DNA from: Acaryochloris thomasi RCC1774
GTDB lineage: Bacteria > Cyanobacteriota > Cyanobacteriia > Thermosynechococcales > Thermosynechococcaceae
Assembly: GCF_003231495.1 (NCBI RefSeq)
Contig: NZ_PQWO01000002.1
Location: forward strand, 150,001 to 182,000
DNA: 32,000 nt
Reading direction: 5' to 3'
In this document: positions 26,785 through 32,000 of the stretch, piece by piece
How positions within the stretch are numbered: position 1 is the stretch's first letter
Layout: each line of letters opens with the position of its first letter
Notes under the pieces: model-generated
What the model was told of the DNA's origin: nothing
What the model saw: the letters and a program-made list of their open reading frames with translations, nothing else
The model's database searches: none
Position numbers and translations under genes: made by a program

Positions 26785-29400
26785 CTAACTCAGCTGGATA
26801 CTGCGATATTTTGAAGTGTATTGGGTTTGGTGCTCTATGATATCGCTTTGGGATTTAGCCAGTAGATTCGTCGCGGCGTGATGCTCCACGGGGCGAGAGT
26901 AGTAGTATCCCTGCCCATATTCACAATTCATTTCCTTGAGAAGCTTCCCCTGGGCCTGCGTTTCGATGCCTTCTGCGACGACGTCGAGCTTGAGATTATG
27001 GGCCAGCATCACAATCGTTTTGACAATCTCACGACTGTCGGGGTGCCCCATTTTCATGACAAAGGACCGATCGACCTTTAGAGTATCCACCGGAAAGGTT
27101 TGTAGATAGCTCAGCGACGAATAGCCTGTACCGAAGTCATCAATGCTGAGGCGCACACCCATCGCTTTGAGCTGTTTTAGCTTTTCGGCTACTGTCTCTT
27201 CTTGCTCCATGATCACCCCCTCCGTAATCTCTAGCTTGAGGCTACTCCTGGCAATCGGAAAATCCGTTAAAGTCTGACGGATATCTGCGACGAAATCGTT
27301 TTGGGCAAACTGACGACTAGAGATATTGACGCAGATAGATAGCGGCGTTTCATGGGGAAATTGCTGTTGCCAATGCAGCATTTGGCTACAGGCCTCTTGC
27401 AGTAGCCACTGTCCCAGAGGGACAATCATGCCCGTATCTTCTGCCAAAGGAATGAAGTCAGAGGGGGGGACCAACCCGCGTTCTGGATGTTGCCAACGCG
27501 TCAGCGCTTCAAACCCGATAATCTTTTGCGTTTGTAGCTGCACAATGGGTTGATAGTGAAGCCGAAATTCCTGACGATCGAGGGCGCGGCGCAGATCGTT
27601 CTCAAGCTGCAAAAGAGCCACTGCCTGTGAATGCATCGCACTCTTGAAAACGACGTATCCATCTTTGCCTTGCTGTTTGGCTTGGTACATCGCTGCATCT
27701 GCATCACGCAGCAGATCTTCGGCTGATTCATAGTGCGGGTGCCCAAGGGCGATGCCAATGCTGGCTGTGGTAAATATCTCTTGTCCGCCGAGGTTAAAGC
27801 CTGCTTTGAGGCTACTTTGGATGCGGCGAACGGCGCTGATCGCAGCCTGAATATCTGGGATGCTGTTGATTAACAACACAAACTCATCGCCGCCAAGACG
27901 GGCCACGGTGTCGTCTTGGCGCAGGCAGCTCGACAGACGCTGGGCGACTTCGATGAGGAGGCGATCGCCTAGCATGTGACCGAGACTGTCGTTAATCACC
28001 TTGAAGCGGTCGAGATCAAGAAATAGGACTGCGCAGTGTTCTTGCTGCTGCCGCTTACATTTTTTGATAGCTTGACTGATCCGGTCCATTAATAAAACCC
28101 GATTGGGTAAGCGGGTCATGGAATCGTAAAATGCATCGTGCAGCAGCTGTTCTCGTGCCAGGTGATACTCTGTAATGTCGGTTTGAGAACCCGCAATGCG
28201 GAGAGGCTGCTGTTGTTCGTCTAGGCTGGCAAGACCGCGACTGCGAAACCAGCGATATTCTCCGTTTTTGTGCTTGAGTCGATACTCGCTTTCAAAGTGG
28301 GGACTGCGGCCGCTGAGATGGTGCTCTATTTCATCTTTGACGCGGCTCCGATCTTCGGGATGAATACGGGGAAACCATTCGGCAATCTGATCGCTGATTT
28401 CATGATCTTCATAACCAATCATGGCTTTCCAGCGCGGTGAGAAGTAAATGGTATTGTTCTTGAGATCCCAGTCCCAAAGGCCGTCGTTAGCACCTCTAGC
28501 GGCGGCGGCGTAGCGCTCTTCGCTTTTTCGCAGAATCTGCTCGACCTGTTTTCGTTGGGTAATATCAATCAGGTACGAGCGGATCAGCTGGCTCTGCGGA
28601 ATACAGTGAATGGATTGTTCGTAAAAATAGTTGCCGATTTCAATCTCTCGAACATAATAATGGTTGAGATTCTTGAGGAATCCCACCGTGAGGCCGGTCT
28701 TAATTGGATGCTGGGGATCGGTGCGGAGGTTCGGAAACTGGGCTGTGGCTTTGGGATTGAGGTAGGTGACTCGCCCTTCCATATCCATTTCGATGATGGG
28801 ATGGGGCATCATTTCTGGCATTGATGATAGCCGCACGAGGGCAGCATCATTGAGCTGCTGACGTTCACTGGCGCTGACGGCAGCCGGACTGCAGGGCTTT
28901 AACGGTTCTAATGCGGATGAATAGGTTTGTCTGGGATCAATCTCTTCGTCAGTGACCTGATGGTATGTGGCGTGTATTTTGGCGCTGAAGGCGATAGTGT
29001 CCTGATCTTTGAGATCTTGAGAATAGTAGCGCTGGCCGTTAATCCAAAGACCGTTGTGGCTGCGCTTGCCTTGGAGATTGCCATCGACGATCCGGAAAAA
29101 GAAGTTGCCGCTTTGCGGATCGGGAATGCGGAGGAGGAGGGCGTGGTGGCGCGAGACTGCTTTGTCTTGAATAACGATGGAGTTGGCCTGATGGCGACCA
29201 ATGGAGTAGGTAGAAGCGTCTAAAGGAACAACGCGTTCCCCGTTGCTGTCTTGAAGAACCAGGAGGTGACGAACTTGCTGGAGTGATGTCGGGGCCGAAT
29301 CTGTTGCTGCGGTCTGGCATCTATGGGATGCACTGACCTGAGGTGACAGCGTTGTGGGCATGTCGTCGTCGTTAATCTGGCTGGGATCGTAGGCCATCAA
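26785..29400 (-). CDS. Multidomain c-di-GMP signalling protein: FHA - PAS - GGDEF - EAL
   Basis: FHA: YSIGRHQANSIVIQDKAVSRHHALL...NGLWINGQ. PAS: ERYAAAARGANDGLWDWDL....YFSPRW. GGDEF: RLGGDEFVLL, with RQDD (RxxD) five residues upstream. EAL: EALTRW, DDFGTGYSSL and EGIET. Confidence 0.92.
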   Translation of the reverse strand: MMAYDPSQINDDDMPTTLSPQVSASHRCQTAATDSAPTSLQQVRHLLVLQDSNGERVVPLDASTYSIGRHQANSIVIQDKAVSRHHALLLRIPDPQSGNFFFRIVDGNLQGKRSHNGLWINGQRYYSQDLKDQDTIAFSAKIHATYHQVTDEEIDPRQTYSSALEPLKPCSPAAVSASERQQLNDAALVRLSSMPEMMPHPIIEMDMEGRVTYLNPKATAQFPNLRTDPQHPIKTGLTVGFLKNLNHYYVREIEIGNYFYEQSIHCIPQSQLIRSYLIDITQRKQVEQILRKSEERYAAAARGANDGLWDWDLKNNTIYFSPRWKAMIGYEDHEISDQIAEWFPRIHPEDRSRVKDEIEHHLSGRSPHFESEYRLKHKNGEYRWFRSRGLASLDEQQQPLRIAGSQTDITEYHLAREQLLHDAFYDSMTRLPNRVLLMDRISQAIKKCKRQQQEHCAVLFLDLDRFKVINDSLGHMLGDRLLIEVAQRLSSCLRQDDTVARLGGDEFVLLINSIPDIQAAISAVRRIQSSLKAGFNLGGQEIFTTASIGIALGHPHYESAEDLLRDADAAMYQAKQQGKDGYVVFKSAMHSQAVALLQLENDLRRALDRQEFRLHYQPIVQLQTQKIIGFEALTRWQHPERGLVPPSDFIPLAEDTGMIVPLGQWLLQEACSQMLHWQQQFPHETPLSICVNISSRQFAQNDFVADIRQTLTDFPIARSSLKLEITEGVIMEQEETVAEKLKQLKAMGVRLSIDDFGTGYSSLSYLQTFPVDTLKVDRSFVMKMGHPDSREIVKTIVMLAHNLKLDVVAEGIETQAQGKLLKEMNCEYGQGYYYSRPVEHHAATNLLAKSQSDIIEHQTQYTSKYRSIQLS

Positions 29401-29652
29401 TGGTGGGTCCTTTGTTGCTCAACCACCTACATCATCCAGGCGGTTTGAAGTGATTGGAATCTAGATTGCTATAAAAGTTGAATGAGATCTGATGCGTGAA
29501 GGCATGGCTGCTTTCCGCACTCTGACGTCAGTGAATGTGACACGTTGAGGCATACCCTATGTAGAAAGTATCGGTGACATCACAGCTTCTGTCTTGAGCA
29601 AATTCACGGAAATTCTGGTGTGTCTCAGCGAATACTTAGCCGGGTTATAGTC

Positions 29653-29691
29653 ACGGATAAATTAGCCTTTATCCGTACTAGTACGGATAAA
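29653..29691. repeat. Three-arm alternating inverted repeat (9-mer ACGGATAAA / TTTATCCGT / ACGGATAAA)
   Basis: ACGGATAAA(29653-29661) ttagcc TTTATCCGT(29668-29676) actagt ACGGATAAA(29683-29691). The last two arms plus their spacer form a perfect 24-bp palindrome, TTTATCCGTACTAGTACGGATAAA. Confidence 0.9.
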
Positions 29692-30012
29692 GAAGAGGCC
29701 TTTTACCTTGAAGATCACTGGGTCTTATTTGGGTGCTTTTCACGTCTGTATGGGTTTTCTTGCAAGTTCAGTTGCTCTCAGAGAAGGGATGATGGCGGTT
29801 CATCTTGGGCTGATTTCTGCGGCTCCTTATGTTCAAATAGCTGGGGGTAGGTGATATTTAAGATTTAGACGACTGCCGATGATCGGACCAGATTTAAAGT
29901 GTTGTCGGCTTGAAATGTGACCCATTGCAGAGGTGGAAATTGGCTTAAATCAAAAATAGAACGGCGATTCTGTTTACTATTTGCCTAAGGTGCCTATAAT
30001 TAAGGAGACGTT

Positions 30013-30324
30013 ATGGATAAAATGGTGCCGTTTTTAGGCATGAATGGATATACAATTCTGGTCTTAAAACTGAAATCATTTAGCGATGCTGATGATGCGA
30101 TCGCAGCTTTGAAGGCAGGGCATGTTTTGCTCTTGAACCTCTCGCGTCTGCAGCCTCAATCTATCCAGCGGATGACGGACTACATCGCTGGCAGCACCTA
30201 TGCACTCGCGGGTCAGCAGGTTGAAGTTGGCAGCGGTCTGTTTCTGTTTACGCCTCCGGCCATTGGTCTTTCGGCAGGTTCGACAGAGCAAAAACACAGC
30301 CAATTCCAGGCTAATTCTGCTTAG
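30013..30324 (+). CDS. sepF: SepF-like (DUF552) cell-division protein, short core-only form
   Basis: ILVLKLKSFSDADDAIAALKAGHVLLLNLSRLQPQSIQRMTDYIAGSTYALAGQQVEVGSGLFLFTP matches the SepF C-terminal FtsZ-binding core. The SD AAGGAGA lies 4 nt upstream of the ATG. Confidence 0.8.
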   Translation: MDKMVPFLGMNGYTILVLKLKSFSDADDAIAALKAGHVLLLNLSRLQPQSIQRMTDYIAGSTYALAGQQVEVGSGLFLFTPPAIGLSAGSTEQKHSQFQANSA

Positions 30325-30354
30325 AATAAAACAAGATATTTTGATGGTTTTAAG

Positions 30355-30397
30355 AGTGTTGCTCAACAATTATTTGTGGGCAACACTTGTTGTTTTG
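30355..30397 (+). terminator. Rho-independent terminator of the sepF-like gene
   Basis: AGTGTTGC(30355-30362) ... GCAACACT(30380-30387), with further pairing inside the loop (CAACAA/TTGTGG). The T-rich tract TGTTGTTTTG follows. Confidence 0.7.
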
Positions 30398-30896
30398 CTC
30401 AAGTCAGCCGGTTGTTGGAGCGCTATCTGATGCCTGATCTGTCTTTGGCTGCCGGCACGATGTTGCCTCTCTCTGGTGGCAGGTTGCGGGGCGATGTTGT
30501 GTTAAATGTTGAAATGTCTGGGTCCGAGCTGGTGATGATGATGTGATGTCAGGCGTAGACGGCGAGTTTGAATTAGCGTACGTATATACATGGATGTATA
30601 CATAGATCTCTAGAGGGAGAGCTTGCGGCCGATAGTGCCAGTCTTTAGATTAAATGGAGAGCCTCAATATTTCTGATATGGTCCGAAAGGTGACGGGCCA
30701 CAGGCACCTAAGACGTTAGGGGCGATCAGTAAGAGGGGCTAGGCTTGTGGAGCCAGATCCTTCGGCGTTCAGAGGGTAATCCGTGTCTGGATCTGAGGGT
30801 ATCGCCCGCAAAAATATTGGCTACTGTAGCGCTAGTCCGTTCATGAACAGTTCATAATTGGAAAGCACTTTATTGAAGATAACGCTGAGAAGTCCT

Positions 30897-32000
30897 ATGG
30901 GTCGAGCCGAAAAAGTTGTTCTTGCCTACTCTGGTGGTGTCGATACCTCCGTTTGCATTCCCTACTTGAAGCATGAATGGGGGGTTGAAGAGGTGATAAC
31001 CTTGGCTGCTGATCTGGGGCAGGGGGATGAATTAGAACCCATTCGTGTCAAGGCTTTAGATGCCGGTGCCGCTGAGTCGCTGGTGATGGATGCAACGGAA
31101 CGTTTTGTCACGGACTATGTTTTTCCCGCTATTCAAGCCAATGCGCTGTATGAAGATCGCTATCCTCTCTGTACGGCTTTGGGGCGGCCGCTGATTGCAA
31201 AGCTGCTCGTGGAAGCGGCAGAGAAATACGGGGCCGATGCGGTGGTGCATGGCTGTACGGCCAAGGGCAATGATCAGGTGCGGTTTGATGTTGCGATCGC
31301 AGCTCTCAATCCAGCTCTCAAAGTCTTGGCCCCTGCCCGCGAATGGGGCATGAGCCGCGAAGAAACGATTGCCTATGGTGAAAAGTACGGTGTGCCTTCC
31401 CCGGTGAAAAAATCTTCACCCTACAGCATCGATAAAAATCTGATGGGTCGCAGCGTCGAAGCCGGTCCCCTGGAGGACCCTTGGGTGGAACCGCTGGAAG
31501 AAGTCTACGAAATGACGCAGGCCATTGCTGATGCGCCTGATGAACCGGCCTATGTCGAAATTGGCTTTACCCAGGGCAATCCCACGCGCCTTAACGGTGA
31601 AGCGCTAGCACCGATTGAGTTAGTGACCCAACTCAATCAGATTGTGGGCCAACACGGTGTTGGTCGTATTGACATGGTTGAGAACCGGCTGGTGGGGATA
31701 AAATCCCGTGAGATTTACGAAGCGCCTGGACTGCTGGTTTTGATCCAAGCGCACCAAGATCTAGAGAGTCTCGTCCTGACTAAGGATGTCACCCACTATA
31801 AAAAAGGACTAGAGCAGACCTATACGCAACTGGTCTACAACGGTCTTTGGTATAGCCCCCTGAAGGAAGCCATTGACGCTTTCATACAGCAGACGCAGCA
31901 GCAGGTGACCGGCACCGTGCGCGTGAAGCTCTTTAAAGGCACTGCCGTTGTTGTCGGTCGAAAGTCTGAGCAGTCTCTCTACACGCCGACTCTGGCAACC
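30897..32000 (+). CDS. argG: Argininosuccinate synthase, 3'-truncated by the window edge
   Basis: Hand translation from the ATG at 30897 gives [25 protein letters not shown]...[47 protein letters not shown]...[14 protein letters not shown]...[14 protein letters not shown]. The frame is open to base 32000. It is absent from the track because no stop codon falls inside the window. Confidence 0.95.
   Translation, partial: MGRAEKVVLAYSGGVDTSVCIPYLKHEWGVEEVITLAADLGQGDELEPIRVKALDAGAAESLVMDATERFVTDYVFPAIQANALYEDRYPLCTALGRPLIAKLLVEAAEKYGADAVVHGCTAKGNDQVRFDVAIAALNPALKVLAPAREWGMSREETIAYGEKYGVPSPVKKSSPYSIDKNLMGRSVEAGPLEDPWVEPLEEVYEMTQAIADAPDEPAYVEIGFTQGNPTRLNGEALAPIELVTQLNQIVGQHGVGRIDMVENRLVGIKSREIYEAPGLLVLIQAHQDLESLVLTKDVTHYKKGLEQTYTQLVYNGLWYSPLKEAIDAFIQQTQQQVTGTVRVKLFKGTAVVVGRKSEQSLYTPTLAT

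Noticed and set aside
29620-29850. 76-aa GTG-initiated ORF spanning the triple 9-mer repeat
   Set aside because: It has no SD and a Cys/Ser/Phe-rich composition, and no motif was recognised. It is built across a perfect palindrome in a divergent promoter region. It is more likely non-coding.
30430-30546. Small ORFs in intergenic gaps (30430..30546, 38 aa; 4295..4393, 32 aa; 9354..9470 region, 38 aa)
   Set aside because: None has a convincing SD, a recognisable family or supporting context. They are mentioned in the findings only as items to test and are not called as features.
30680-30700. SRP RNA (4.5S) helix-8-like hairpin GGTCC-GAAA-GG
   Set aside because: The 3' side reads GGTGACGGGCC, not the near-universal GGAAGCAGCC, and the symmetric and asymmetric loop nucleotides are absent.
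30836-30896. Possible glutamine (glnA-type) riboswitch upstream of argG, suggested by CGTTCA ... GGAAAG ... AACG
   Set aside because: The conserved GGAAGUAGG and E-loop elements do not match, and only a 4-bp P1 could form. The resemblance is superficial.
1-32000. Search for mobile elements, CRISPR arrays, toxin-antitoxin or defence islands
   Set aside because: I found no transposase, integrase or recombinase motifs, no regularly spaced direct repeats, and no long terminal inverted repeats. Apart from a few unassigned hypothetical ORFs, the gene content is housekeeping and the genes are tightly packed.

Overview
The window is an ordinary chromosomal core region of a cyanobacterium. I base the assignment on the PSII genes psbB, psbT and psbM, a Psb34-like ORF, system II cytochrome c biogenesis genes (ccdA, ccs1), a PATAN-type response regulator, and 16 copies of the HIP1 octamer GCGATCGC. 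I found no rRNA, tRNA, CRISPR array, transposase, integrase or phage gene.

Gene order, left to right:
- SLBB polysaccharide-export gene (5' partial), glgA, RRM RNA-binding protein, membrane hypothetical
- psbM(-), 2Fe-2S ferredoxin-like(-), psbB-psbT
- rimM(-), AvtA-like aminotransferase(-), hypothetical, pilD
- Rrf2 regulator-cysK, ftsW, ccdA-ccs1, dxr, ubiA-family prenyltransferase
- anti-sigma(-) and ECF sigma(-), thiG, Psb34-like small ORF
- MoeZ-type E1/rhodanese(-), JAMM/MPN peptidase(-), PATAN-receiver protein(-)
- DUF309, lptA-like-lptB-lptF/G, FHA-PAS-GGDEF-EAL protein(-), short SepF-like protein, argG (3' partial)

Three genes shorter than 60 aa are absent from the ORF track and were found by hand translation: psbM, psbT and the Psb34-like ORF.

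I do not see a clear novel multi-gene system. The observations most worth follow-up are:
- a JAMM + E1/rhodanese pair with no ubiquitin-like carrier gene nearby, apparently co-transcribed with a PATAN protein whose receiver domain looks phospho-acceptor-deficient
- a CP47 with an 8-aa gain and an 8-aa loss in its lumenal loops
- two alternating three-arm inverted repeats in long divergent intergenic regions
- a roughly 500-nt ORF-free region with nested complementarity upstream of argG
- a core-only SepF paralog

All family assignments come from motif recognition by eye. No database search was run.
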